DNA from: an uncultured Patescibacteria group bacterium
Lineage (GTDB): Bacteria; Patescibacteriota; Patescibacteriia; UBA2591; CALHIP01
DNA length: 64,000 nt
Assembly: GCA_938030745.1 (NCBI GenBank)
Contig: CALHIP010000007.1
Span: forward strand, 13,180 to 77,179
Direction of reading: 5' to 3'
Shown: positions 39,949 to 49,006 of the stretch, piece by piece
Numbering within the stretch: position 1 is the stretch's first letter
How the letters are laid out: every line of letters begins with the position of its first letter
The notes under the pieces: generated by a model
Told to the model about the DNA's origin: nothing
The model's input: the letters and a program-made list of their open reading frames with translations, nothing else
Database searches by the model: none
Position numbers and translations under genes: made by a program

Positions 39949-40203
39949 TTACTCGATTATCTTATAAACAATATCTCCTTCTTTGACTGGTTGATCTACT
40001 TTCAAACCAATTGATTGGCCTTTGCTTGCTTTTTCAACATTTTTGTGTTCAATCTGCATTGAAGAGACAGTTTGAGTAAATTCCTGACCATGACCAACAA
40101 TTTTGATTGTGTCTCCAACTTTAATTTCATCACTTAATTCAACAACTGCAACTGAAATTTTGTTGAAATAGTGAGTAATTTTTCCAATTTGAACTTCTGG
40201 CAT
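39949..40203 (-). CDS. Small EF-Tu domain-II-like beta-barrel protein
   Basis: IGKITHYFNKISVAV, VGDTI, SMQIEH, GLKV; start at ATG 40203. Confidence 0.8.
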   Translation of the reverse strand: MPEVQIGKITHYFNKISVAVVELSDEIKVGDTIKIVGHGQEFTQTVSSMQIEHKNVEKASKGQSIGLKVDQPVKEGDIVYKIIE

Positions 40204-40219
40204 AAATTTATATTTATTT

Positions 40220-41662
40220 TTATTCACCTTTAATAACTGCTAAAGGTATAAGTTTAGCTACTTTTTTTGATAAACCTGCTTTATGAACAACATCAACAAC
40301 CTCATCAATATTTTTATATGCCTCTGGTGCTTCTTCAGCTAAGCCTTTTAATGACCAACATTTAACAATAATTCCTTTTGCTTGTAATTTTTTAATTATT
40401 TCCTGACCAGAGATTGATCGAATTGCTGCATGTCTAGACATTGTTCGACCAGCTCCATGGGTGGTAGAATAAAATGCTTCTTCTCCTTGGCTAGTTCCGA
40501 CTAAAACATATGAAGCAGTTCCCATTGAGCCAGGAATTAAAACTGGCTGGCCAACCTCCCGATATCTTTGAGGAATCTCTGGATGATGAGGAGGAAAGGC
40601 TCTGGTTGAACCCTTTCGATGCATTGCTACTTCTGTTTCTTTACCATCAATAATATATTTTTCTTTTTTAATAATATTGTGAGCGACATCGTATAATAAT
40701 TGCAAAGAACTTTTTTCACCAAAAATACTTTTCCAAGCCTTTCTAACAAAATAAGTAATCATTTGACGATTTGCCCAGGCATAATTTGCTGCCGAAGCTG
40801 AAGCAGATAAACCTCTTTGACCTTCATTAGAATTAAAGGGTACACAGGCAAACTCTCGATCAGGAACTCTTATTTTATATTTCTCCATCAATCTCATAAA
40901 TTCATTTATATAATCAGTTGCTACTTGATGACCAAGTCCACGACTACCACAATGAATCATTATAACAATTTGATCTTTGAATAACCCAAAAACTTGAGCT
41001 ACTTCTTCATTAAAAATTTCTTCTACTTTTTGAATTTCAAGAAAATGATTTCCTGAACCAAGTGTTCCTACTTGATCGCGACCTCTATTTTTCGCTTTAA
41101 TTGAAACAAAAGAAGCATCAGCCCATTCTAATCTACCATTTGCCTCACAGTTTTCGACATCCTCTTTTTCACCATAACCTTTCTCAACTAAATATCTTGC
41201 TCCACCTTCCAAAATTTTATCAATCTGTTCAATTGAGAGTTTAATTTGCCTACCTCTTCCTAATCCAGATGGAACTTCCTTTTGAATCTCAGTTGCTAAT
41301 TTTTCTAAATAAGGTTTTGTTTCCTTTTCAGAATATTCTGAAAGGAGTAATCTTACTCCACAATTTATATCATAACCTTGCATTCCCGGAGAAATTATTC
41401 CGTCAGAAATCCTTATCGCTGCTACTCCACCAATTGGACTGGAATAACCTTCATGACAATCTGGCATGGCGATTCCGTATTTTTGGATTCCTGGTAAAGT
41501 ACAGAGATTTATTAATTGATAAAGTGATTTATCCCTGAAAACATCTTCTAACATTTTCTCTGAAACATAAATTCTTGCTGGCACTCGCATGTCAGCTCGA
41601 AAGCTTTTAGGGATTTCCCATAAATAATCATTAATTTTTTTAAAATCTTTTTTAGAGATCAT
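40220..41662 (-). CDS. rtcB: RNA ligase RtcB (long, archease-dependent type)
   Basis: MPDCHEGY, DINCG, GTLGSGNHF, HCGSRG, HRKG, PGSMG, HGAGR, EEAPEAYK. Confidence 0.96.
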   Translation of the reverse strand: MISKKDFKKINDYLWEIPKSFRADMRVPARIYVSEKMLEDVFRDKSLYQLINLCTLPGIQKYGIAMPDCHEGYSSPIGGVAAIRISDGIISPGMQGYDINCGVRLLLSEYSEKETKPYLEKLATEIQKEVPSGLGRGRQIKLSIEQIDKILEGGARYLVEKGYGEKEDVENCEANGRLEWADASFVSIKAKNRGRDQVGTLGSGNHFLEIQKVEEIFNEEVAQVFGLFKDQIVIMIHCGSRGLGHQVATDYINEFMRLMEKYKIRVPDREFACVPFNSNEGQRGLSASASAANYAWANRQMITYFVRKAWKSIFGEKSSLQLLYDVAHNIIKKEKYIIDGKETEVAMHRKGSTRAFPPHHPEIPQRYREVGQPVLIPGSMGTASYVLVGTSQGEEAFYSTTHGAGRTMSRHAAIRSISGQEIIKKLQAKGIIVKCWSLKGLAEEAPEAYKNIDEVVDVVHKAGLSKKVAKLIPLAVIKGE

Positions 41663-42075
41663 ACATCGAAAACAACAATAAGAATAAATTTATCCTTTTC
41701 CTTTTTAAAAGAAAATTCATACCAGGTTACTCCTTTAATTTCCGTTGTAAATCTTTTAACTTTTTGACCGAAAATTTCTCCTTCTAATTTTTTCTCCGTA
41801 GATTTTTTTATTTTTACTTTTTCATAAAATGAATCATTTAAATCCATTTGATAAACTAATTCAGCTAAAAAATTGAAAATTAAATTTTCAAAATTTTCTC
41901 CTTCAATTTTAAAAGGTGTAACAATTTCTTCTTTTAAAAGTTCTGGTCGAGTTCCTTCTTTGATTGCTAACAAAATATTATTTAAAATTTCTTCTAAATT
42001 TTTACCCCAAACTTTAATTTTAAGATCAGCTGGGTGTTCTAAAATCTCATAATTTTTTGAGGCCAAGTTTTTCAT
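41659..42075 (-). CDS. Archease
   Basis: EHPAD, IKGVT, C-terminal FDV; stop overlaps the rtcB start. Confidence 0.9.
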   Translation of the reverse strand: MKNLASKNYEILEHPADLKIKVWGKNLEEILNNILLAIKEGTRPELLKEEIVTPFKIEGENFENLIFNFLAELVYQMDLNDSFYEKVKIKKSTEKKLEGEIFGQKVKRFTTEIKGVTWYEFSFKKEKDKFILIVVFDV

Positions 42076-42190
42076 AAAGTTCTTTAATTAATTTTTTTTG
42101 TTCTGCTAAATCTAAAACTTCTCGACGGATTCGAGCTTTTTCTTGACGAATAAATTTCCGTAAACTTTTTGGCAATCTTTTTTTTCCCAT
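42047..42190 (-). CDS. 47-aa basic protein (absent from ORF track)
   Basis: MGKKRLPKSLRKFIRQEKARIRREVLDLAEQKKLIKELYEKLGLKKL; TGgTATAAT 6 nt before ATG; overlaps the archease start. Confidence 0.75.
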   Translation of the reverse strand: MGKKRLPKSLRKFIRQEKARIRREVLDLAEQKKLIKELYEKLGLKKL

Positions 42191-42266
42191 TTTTAAATTA
42201 TACCAAAATTATTTTTCTTGGCAAGATTAATTAAATTTGTTATAATAATTTTTGATTTCTAATTTT

Positions 42267-43328
42267 ATGGGTTTTTCGGTTGGTATTGTTGGTTTACCAA
42301 ATGTTGGTAAGTCAACATTATTTAAAGCTTTAACAAAAAAGCAAGTTGAGATCGCCAATTATCCCTTTACTACAATTAAAGAAAATGTTGGAGTAGTAAA
42401 AGTTCCTGATGAAAGATTAGATAAATTGGCTGAAGTTTTAAAACCAAAAGAAGTTATTCCAACTCATATTGAATTTTTTGATATTGCTGGGTTAGTTAAA
42501 GGTGCTCATAAAGGTGAGGGATTGGGTAATCAATTTTTAGCAAAAATTAGAGAAACTGACTTGATTTGTCATTTAATTAGAAATTTCGAAGCAAAAAATG
42601 TTCCTCATCCAGCCGGAGAAATAAATCCTAAACGAGATTTAGAAATTGTCAATTTAGAATTAATTATGGCTGATCTATCAACTTTAGAAAAAAGATTAGA
42701 AAAAGTAAGAAAAGAAGCAAAAAGAGGAGATAAAAAAGCAATTAAGAATTTAACAATTTTAGAGAAAATAAAAGATGGTTTAGAAAAAGGTTTTTCTGTT
42801 CGTGACTTAAATTTAACTGAGGAAGAAAAAATAGAAATTAAAGATCTCAATCTTTTAACAATCAAGCCTGTCATTTATGTTTTAAATATCTCAGAAGAAG
42901 ATATAGGTGAGACAATTTCTGGGATTGGCGAAGCAATTCCAATTTGTGCTAAATTAGAAGCAGAATTATCAGAACTTAGTCCAGAAGAGGAAAAAGAATA
43001 TTTAGCTAGTTATGGTTTAAAAAAATCTCAACTTGATGATTTAATTGTTGCTGCTTACAAAACTTTAAATTTAATTACTTTTTTTACTTGCCAAAATGAA
43101 ATATTACAGGCCTGGACAGTTAAAAAAGGAGAAAAAGTGCCAGCAGCTGGTGGAAAAATTCATACTGATTTTGAAAAAGGATTTATTAAGGCTGAGGTTA
43201 TTAATTGGGAAGATTTAGTTAAAGTTGGGTCAGAATATTTAGCTCGAGAAAAAGGTTTGCTAAGAATTGAAGGAAAAGAATATGAAGTAAAAGATGGCGA
43301 TGTTATCCACTTCTACTTTAAAAGGTGA
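42267..43328 (+). CDS. ychF: Ribosome-binding ATPase YchF
   Basis: GIVGLPNVGKST, NYPFTT, DIAGLVKGA, GLGNQFL, IHTDF. Confidence 0.97.
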   Translation: MGFSVGIVGLPNVGKSTLFKALTKKQVEIANYPFTTIKENVGVVKVPDERLDKLAEVLKPKEVIPTHIEFFDIAGLVKGAHKGEGLGNQFLAKIRETDLICHLIRNFEAKNVPHPAGEINPKRDLEIVNLELIMADLSTLEKRLEKVRKEAKRGDKKAIKNLTILEKIKDGLEKGFSVRDLNLTEEEKIEIKDLNLLTIKPVIYVLNISEEDIGETISGIGEAIPICAKLEAELSELSPEEEKEYLASYGLKKSQLDDLIVAAYKTLNLITFFTCQNEILQAWTVKKGEKVPAAGGKIHTDFEKGFIKAEVINWEDLVKVGSEYLAREKGLLRIEGKEYEVKDGDVIHFYFKR

Positions 43329-43341
43329 CAGTCACCGAAAA
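43324..43341 (+). repeat. Palindromic repeat GGTGACAGTCACCGAAAA, copy 1
   Basis: Exact reverse complement at 54861-54878. Confidence 0.85.
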
Positions 43342-43404
43342 GAGGGGAAAGATAAGCTAGATAAATTCTATTAAATAAGGCGAAAAATTAAATTTGGCAA
43401 AATT

Positions 43405-44028
43405 TTAATCATTTTTCAGCAGATCTTTAATTACTTCCCAACTAAAACCTCGATTAGCTAAAAAACGAGCTATTTTTTGTTTTTGTAAAAATACTCCATT
43501 TGATGACTGAGATTCTTTTTTTAAAAGCTTCATTTTTTTTCTAATAAGTTGACGAGCAATTTCAATTTCATCTTTTTTTGAATATTTCTCCAAAGTTTTT
43601 TTAATAATCTCTTCAGCGATACCTTTTCGCTTTAATTCTTTCATAATGGAATATTTACCTCTTCCTGAAAGCTTTTTTGCTTCAAGCCAACTTTCAGCAA
43701 ATTTTTTATCATCAAGATAATTTAACTCTTTTAATCTTTTTAAAGTTTTTTTGATAATTCTTTGATCAAATTCCTTTTCTTTAAGTTTTTCTTCTAATTC
43801 TTTTTTACTTCGCGGTCTAATTCCTAACCAACGAAATGATTTTTCTAAAGCTTTTATTTGCTGATCCTTTTCTATAATCTTATTAATTTCTTTTTTTCCT
43901 AGAATTTTTCCTTTATATAAGTTAAAATCAGCTAAAATTTTCTTTGAGATACCGAAAGCAAATTTACCATCAATAAAAATATTGACTCTTGAACTTCTTT
44001 TCTGTTGAGTAATTTTAGTAATTTTCAT
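43405..44028 (-). CDS. recX: Regulatory protein RecX
   Basis: RVNIFIDG, RPRSKKEL, YLDDKKFA, LANRGFS. Confidence 0.92.
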   Translation of the reverse strand: MKITKITQQKRSSRVNIFIDGKFAFGISKKILADFNLYKGKILGKKEINKIIEKDQQIKALEKSFRWLGIRPRSKKELEEKLKEKEFDQRIIKKTLKRLKELNYLDDKKFAESWLEAKKLSGRGKYSIMKELKRKGIAEEIIKKTLEKYSKKDEIEIARQLIRKKMKLLKKESQSSNGVFLQKQKIARFLANRGFSWEVIKDLLKND

Positions 44029-45275
44029 ATTAATTTTGCTTTGAAAATAAGAATTTCTCTTAAAACTTTTTGATCTGGCCGACTATAAATAATTGAATTG
44101 CGATCAGTTAATCTAATGACAGGACTTTTTTCTAATTTTTTTGGAAAAGGATTAACAATTTGCCAACCCATTTTTTTTAATTCATCTAAAATCGGTAAAA
44201 AATGTAATTGATTCTCTATCTTAAAAACTGGAAAAATAATAACAATTTTTCCTTTCGGTTTTAGTATTTTCTTAAACTCTTTAAATGCTTCAAGATAAAG
44301 ATTTGATAATTCATTAATTAAATTCAAAATTCGAGATTTAAGAGTAAAAATTTTGGTTGGTCCAAGATATGGTTCAGTGACAATAGCATCAATCGATTTG
44401 AACGGTATTTTTTGCGACAAATTCCTGACGTCGGACTGAAATACTTTTAAATTTTTAATTATATTTTTTATTTTTTGTTTTTTATCTTTTATCTTAGTTG
44501 CTAACCATTCTAAATTTTTTTTAGTATTATTAACAGCCTCTTGACTAATATCAGAGCCAATAATTTTTTGATAGCCAATTAAAATTGCTTCTTGTAATAT
44601 TGTTCCTGAACCACAGAAAGGATCTAAAATTAAACCATTTTCTGGGACTTTTCCTAAATTGATCATTATTTTTGCTAATTTTGGTGGAATCAATCCTTTC
44701 TTTATTTTTCTGATTGGCCGACCATAATCTTGCCATTGATACTCTTCAAATTCTTGACAAGTTAATGTTTTTCCTATCAAAATAGATTGATCATTTAAAA
44801 AAAGACAAAATTCTGCACCCTCTCTTAATAATTTATTTTTCTGGACAATAACCGAAGAAAGCTTTAATTCTTTTGATTCCACCCAACGTGAAGAAATCCC
44901 TTTTTCTTTTAGTTTCTTTTTTATTTTTAAAGCTAAATTTTTAATTTTAAATTTTAAATTGTCGATTTTTGATTTCTCATCAATTCGATATAAACTAAAT
45001 CCAAAAAATACTTTATTTCTTCTTTTCAATTCATTTAAAAATAGATCTATCTTAAGTGATTCTAAATCTGGAGAAGCTTGTATAATATAGCCAATTTTAA
45101 TTGTTCCTCCTAATCTTTTTTGTAAATCATAAACATTTAATTTCTCTTTTGTTTCTAAAATTAAAACCTCATAAGAAAGATGAGAAATTTTTACTGATTT
45201 GTTAATCGGTTTAACATTTATAATTTCCGCTATCGATAAAGTCTGATTATGACCTAAAATGAAAAAATATTTCAT
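44025..45275 (-). CDS. Trm11/UPF0020-like RNA methyltransferase
   Basis: PPKLAKIMIN, DPFCGSGTI, GSD, TEPYLG. Confidence 0.82.
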   Translation of the reverse strand: MKYFFILGHNQTLSIAEIINVKPINKSVKISHLSYEVLILETKEKLNVYDLQKRLGGTIKIGYIIQASPDLESLKIDLFLNELKRRNKVFFGFSLYRIDEKSKIDNLKFKIKNLALKIKKKLKEKGISSRWVESKELKLSSVIVQKNKLLREGAEFCLFLNDQSILIGKTLTCQEFEEYQWQDYGRPIRKIKKGLIPPKLAKIMINLGKVPENGLILDPFCGSGTILQEAILIGYQKIIGSDISQEAVNNTKKNLEWLATKIKDKKQKIKNIIKNLKVFQSDVRNLSQKIPFKSIDAIVTEPYLGPTKIFTLKSRILNLINELSNLYLEAFKEFKKILKPKGKIVIIFPVFKIENQLHFLPILDELKKMGWQIVNPFPKKLEKSPVIRLTDRNSIIYSRPDQKVLREILIFKAKLI

Positions 45276-45372
45276 AGAAAAGTATTGACAAAGATAGATT
45301 TGAATTTAAAATATTATAACATTTTAGCATTAAATTAGATTTGTTAAAGTTTTTAAAATTGATAAAATAAAT

Positions 45373-45657
45373 ATGAAGAACTACGAACTCCTTTCTCTTA
45401 TTTCCTCAAAAATTGATGAAAAACAACTTCCTTTAATTGGAGAAAAGATTGAAGGAATAATTAAAGATTTAAAAGGTAATTTAATCAATAAAGAAAATCT
45501 TGGTAAAAAAGAAATTGCTTATCCGATTAAACATGAAAATAAAGGTTATTTTTTAGCTTTTCGCTTTACACTTGAACCAAAAGAAGTAAAAAAATTAGAA
45601 GAGAAGTTAAAAAATATTTCAGAAATTTTAAGATTCCAAATTATTAAAAAAATATGA
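45373..45657 (+). CDS. rpsF: 30S ribosomal protein S6
   Basis: YEL, GKKEIAYPIK, ILRF; rpsF-ssb-rpsR order. Confidence 0.94.
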   Translation: MKNYELLSLISSKIDEKQLPLIGEKIEGIIKDLKGNLINKENLGKKEIAYPIKHENKGYFLAFRFTLEPKEVKKLEEKLKNISEILRFQIIKKI

Positions 45658-46061
45658 ATGTCAACAAAGCAATTATTGTTGGAAGATTAACAAGGAACCC
45701 TGAGTCAAGGACAACTCCCGATGGTCAGACTGTTTGCTCATTTACTGTAGCAACAACTCGAGCTTGGAAAGATGCATCAGGAGTGAGGCAAGAAAAAACA
45801 GAATATCATAACATTGTTACTTGGGGAAAATTAGCTGAACTCTGCCAAACTTATCTTATCAAAGGTCAAATGGTTTTTGTTGAAGGTAGAATTGAAACCC
45901 GTTCTTGGGAAGCACCAGATGGAACAAAAAGGACAAGGACAGAAATCATCGCTGAAGATTTGCAATTTGGTCCAAAACCGAAAGGATTGGTAGTTGAAGA
46001 AATACCAGAAGAAGAAACTCCACCAGAAGAAGAAATAAATGTTGAAGAGATTCCATTTTAA
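45654..46061 (+). CDS. ssb: Single-stranded DNA-binding protein
   Basis: [19 protein letters not shown], acidic tail EEIPF. Confidence 0.97.
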   Translation: MNVNKAIIVGRLTRNPESRTTPDGQTVCSFTVATTRAWKDASGVRQEKTEYHNIVTWGKLAELCQTYLIKGQMVFVEGRIETRSWEAPDGTKRTRTEIIAEDLQFGPKPKGLVVEEIPEEETPPEEEINVEEIPF

Positions 46062-46069
46062 ATAAAAAT

Positions 46070-46273
46070 ATGAAAAAACAATGTTATTTTTGTTCCCATC
46101 ACCTTAAAGAAATTGATGAGAAAAATACCGAATTACTTAATCGTTTTATTTCTTTTACAGGAAAAATCTTGCCAAAAAAAAGGACAGGCACTTGTGCTAA
46201 ACATCAAAGAAAATTAACCAAAGCTATAAAAAGAGCAAGAATAATGGGATTATTGCCATTTGTTAAAGAATAG
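46070..46273 (+). CDS. rpsR: 30S ribosomal protein S18
   Basis: [24 protein letters not shown]. Confidence 0.97.
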   Translation: MKKQCYFCSHHLKEIDEKNTELLNRFISFTGKILPKKRTGTCAKHQRKLTKAIKRARIMGLLPFVKE

Positions 46274-46275
46274 TT

Positions 46276-46842
46276 ATGGATATTAATGATTTAAAAAAAC
46301 AAGGGATTATTATTAAATTAAATAATGAGCCACATCTTGTGGTAAAATCCCAACATGCTCGAACTGCTCAGAGAAGAGCTTTTGTTAGAACAACCCTGAA
46401 AAATCTAATCTCTGGCAAAACAATTGAGAAAACATTTAATGCTGGAGATAAAATTGAAGAAGCTGAAGTAAAAAAAGTCAAAGCAAATTTTCTTTATCAG
46501 AAAGGAGAAAATTTCTATTTCATGAATTTAGAAAATTTTGAAGAAATTTTTTTATCTGAAGAACAGATATTTGATAAAAAAGGTTTTTTAAAAGAAGGAA
46601 TGGAGGTTTTGATTCTTTATTTTGAAGAAAAACCAATTACTTTAGAATTGCCACCAAAGATTAGATTAAAAGTTATTGAAGCACCGCCAGCCGTCAGAGG
46701 TGATACAAGCCAAGGAACAGTGACAAAGATAGCAACTTTAGAAACAGGATTGAAAATAGAAGTTCCTTTTTTTATTGAAGTTGGTGATGAGATTATTATT
46801 AATACAGAAGATGGAAAATATGTTGAAAGAGCCAAAAAATAA
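46276..46842 (+). CDS. efp: Elongation factor P
   Basis: LKNLISG, PAVRGDT, LETG, VPFFI, YVER. Confidence 0.95.
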   Translation: MDINDLKKQGIIIKLNNEPHLVVKSQHARTAQRRAFVRTTLKNLISGKTIEKTFNAGDKIEEAEVKKVKANFLYQKGENFYFMNLENFEEIFLSEEQIFDKKGFLKEGMEVLILYFEEKPITLELPPKIRLKVIEAPPAVRGDTSQGTVTKIATLETGLKIEVPFFIEVGDEIIINTEDGKYVERAKK

Positions 46843-46853
46843 ATTTTAATTAT

Positions 46854-47900
46854 ATGATCGATATCAAAGAAATTTTTAAAGAAGCAATCGAATTAAAAGC
46901 TTCTGATGTTCATTTAATTGTTGGTCAATCTCCAATTTTTAGAATAAGTACTCAATTAAAACCAATTGAAAAATGGCAAATCTTAACTAAAAAAGATATA
47001 GAAAATGTCATAAAAGAAATTACTTCAGAAGAACAAAGGAAGACATTTAGTGAGAAAAAGGAATTAGATTTTTCTTATGATTTAGAAAAATTAGTTCGAG
47101 CAAGAATCTCGCTTTTTGTAGAAAGAGGAAATCCATCTTTGGCTGCTCGAATTATTCCGTCACAGATTCCAACGATGGAAGAAATTATGATGCCGAAAGT
47201 TGCTTATGAATTAGCAAGAGGTTATCGAGGATTAGTAATTGTTACCGGTCCAGCTGGTTCTGGTAAATCAACTTCTTTAGCAGCAATGATTAATCTAATT
47301 AATCATGAAAGAAATTGCCGAATTATTACTTTGGAGGATCCGATTGAATATATCTTTCCTTCAATAAAAAGTTTTATTGTTCAAAGAGAATTGGGAAGAG
47401 ATATGGTTTCCTTCCAAGAAGGTTTAAAACATATTGTTCGTCAAGATCCGAATGTCATTATGGTTGGTGAAATGAGAGATTTAGAAACAATGGCTTTAGC
47501 TGTAACTTTGGCTGAAACAGGTCATTTGGTTCTAACTACTTTACATACACCCGATGCGACTCAAGCTATCACTAGAATAATTGATGTTTTTCCACCTCAT
47601 CAACAGACTCAAATCAGGGTTCAACTTTCTATCTCTTTAAGAGGAGTTATTGCCCAAAAACTTTTACCAAGAAAAGACAAAGGATTGATTGCTGTTCGAG
47701 AAGTTTTAGTTAATACGCCAGCTATTGCTCATTTAATCAGAGAAAACAAAATTGCTCAAATTAGAACAGCTATTCAAACTGGTGCTGAGGTAGGAATGTT
47801 TACAATGGATCAAGATCTTAAAAGACTTTACAAAGAAGGTTATATTAGTAAAGAAGTTGCTCGTCTTCACATGCTTAACCCTTCTGAACTTGACACATAA
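46854..47900 (+). CDS. pilT: Type IV pilus retraction ATPase PilT
   Basis: ASDVHL, GPAGSGKSTS, EDPIE, GEMRD, ETGHLV, AHLIRE. Confidence 0.92.
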   Translation: MIDIKEIFKEAIELKASDVHLIVGQSPIFRISTQLKPIEKWQILTKKDIENVIKEITSEEQRKTFSEKKELDFSYDLEKLVRARISLFVERGNPSLAARIIPSQIPTMEEIMMPKVAYELARGYRGLVIVTGPAGSGKSTSLAAMINLINHERNCRIITLEDPIEYIFPSIKSFIVQRELGRDMVSFQEGLKHIVRQDPNVIMVGEMRDLETMALAVTLAETGHLVLTTLHTPDATQAITRIIDVFPPHQQTQIRVQLSISLRGVIAQKLLPRKDKGLIAVREVLVNTPAIAHLIRENKIAQIRTAIQTGAEVGMFTMDQDLKRLYKEGYISKEVARLHMLNPSELDT

Positions 47901-47903
47901 AGT

Positions 47904-47975
47904 GCCTCCATAGCTCAATGGATAGAGTGCTGGTCTTCGGAACCAGCGATCCCCGTTCGAATCGGGGTGGAGGCA
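47904..47975 (+). tRNA. tRNA-Arg(TCG)
   Basis: CTGGT-CTTCGGA-ACCAG; GTTCGAATC. Confidence 0.95.
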
Positions 47976-47979
47976 GTTT

Positions 47980-48050
47980 GCCCCCATAACTTAATGGTAA
48001 AGTAGCTGCCTCTTAAGCAGCCTATCCAGGTTCGATTCCTGGTGGGGGCA
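47980..48050 (+). tRNA. tRNA-Lys(CTT)
   Basis: GCTGC-CTCTTAA-GCAGC; GGTTCGATTCC. Confidence 0.95.
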
Positions 48051-48073
48051 CTTAAAAAATTAAAAAATAAAAA

Positions 48074-49006
48074 ATGGGAGAAATATATGATTTAATCATT
48101 ATTGGCGCTGGACCGGCTGGATTAACTGCTTCAATTTTTGCTTCAAGATATAAAATAAAACATTTAGTTATTGGTAATCCTTTTACTAGTCAAGTTGCTG
48201 AAGCTCATTTAATTGAAAATTATCCTGGATTTCAATCAATTTCAGGACTTGAGTTAATTAAAAAATTTGTTGATCAGGTTAAAAAATATAATGTTGAAAT
48301 TTTAAATGAGAATGTTTTAGAGATAAAAAAAGAAAATTTTTTTAAAATAAAAACAGAAAGTGGTAAAATTTATCAATCAAAATCTTTGATCATTGCTTCA
48401 GGAGCAGAAAAGAAGCGACTTTTAGTTCCTGGCGAAAAAGAATTTTTGGGCAAAGGTGTTTCTTATTGTGCAACTTGCGATGCACCTTTTTATAAAAACA
48501 AAATTGTTGCGGTAATTGGTGGTGCTAATTCTGCTTTAAGCGCTGCCTTACTCTGTGCTTCTTATGCAAAAAAAGTTTATTTGATCTATCGGAAAAAAGA
48601 ATTTCGAGCTGAAAAAATTTTGCAAGAAAGAATTAAAAAGAATAAAAAAATTATTCCGATTTTTAAAACGAATGTGACAAAAATTGAAGGAAAGGATAAA
48701 TTAGAAAAAATTATTTTAGATAAAAAATATCAAGGAAAAGAAGAGTTAAAAGTTGATGGTTTAGTCATTGAAATTGGTTCAGAGCCGCTTTCAAAATTGG
48801 TTAAAAATTTAGGAGTCAAATTAGATAAAGACGGTTTGATAAAAATAAAAAAAGATTGTTCAACAAATATTTCTGGTATTTTTGCTGCTGGTGATATTAC
48901 TACTGGTTCAAATAAATTTCGTCAAATCATTACTGCTTGCGCTGAAGGAGCAATTTCTGCTTTATCTGTTTATAAATATTTAAAATATGTTAAAAGACAT
49001 CATTAA
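48074..49006 (+). CDS. trxB: Thioredoxin reductase
   Basis: GAGPAG, ENYPG, CATCD, FAAGD. Confidence 0.93.
   Translation: MGEIYDLIIIGAGPAGLTASIFASRYKIKHLVIGNPFTSQVAEAHLIENYPGFQSISGLELIKKFVDQVKKYNVEILNENVLEIKKENFFKIKTESGKIYQSKSLIIASGAEKKRLLVPGEKEFLGKGVSYCATCDAPFYKNKIVAVIGGANSALSAALLCASYAKKVYLIYRKKEFRAEKILQERIKKNKKIIPIFKTNVTKIEGKDKLEKIILDKKYQGKEELKVDGLVIEIGSEPLSKLVKNLGVKLDKDGLIKIKKDCSTNISGIFAAGDITTGSNKFRQIITACAEGAISALSVYKYLKYVKRHH

Noticed and set aside
47733-47987. 84-aa minus ORF
   Set aside because: Antisense to pilT and tRNA-Arg.
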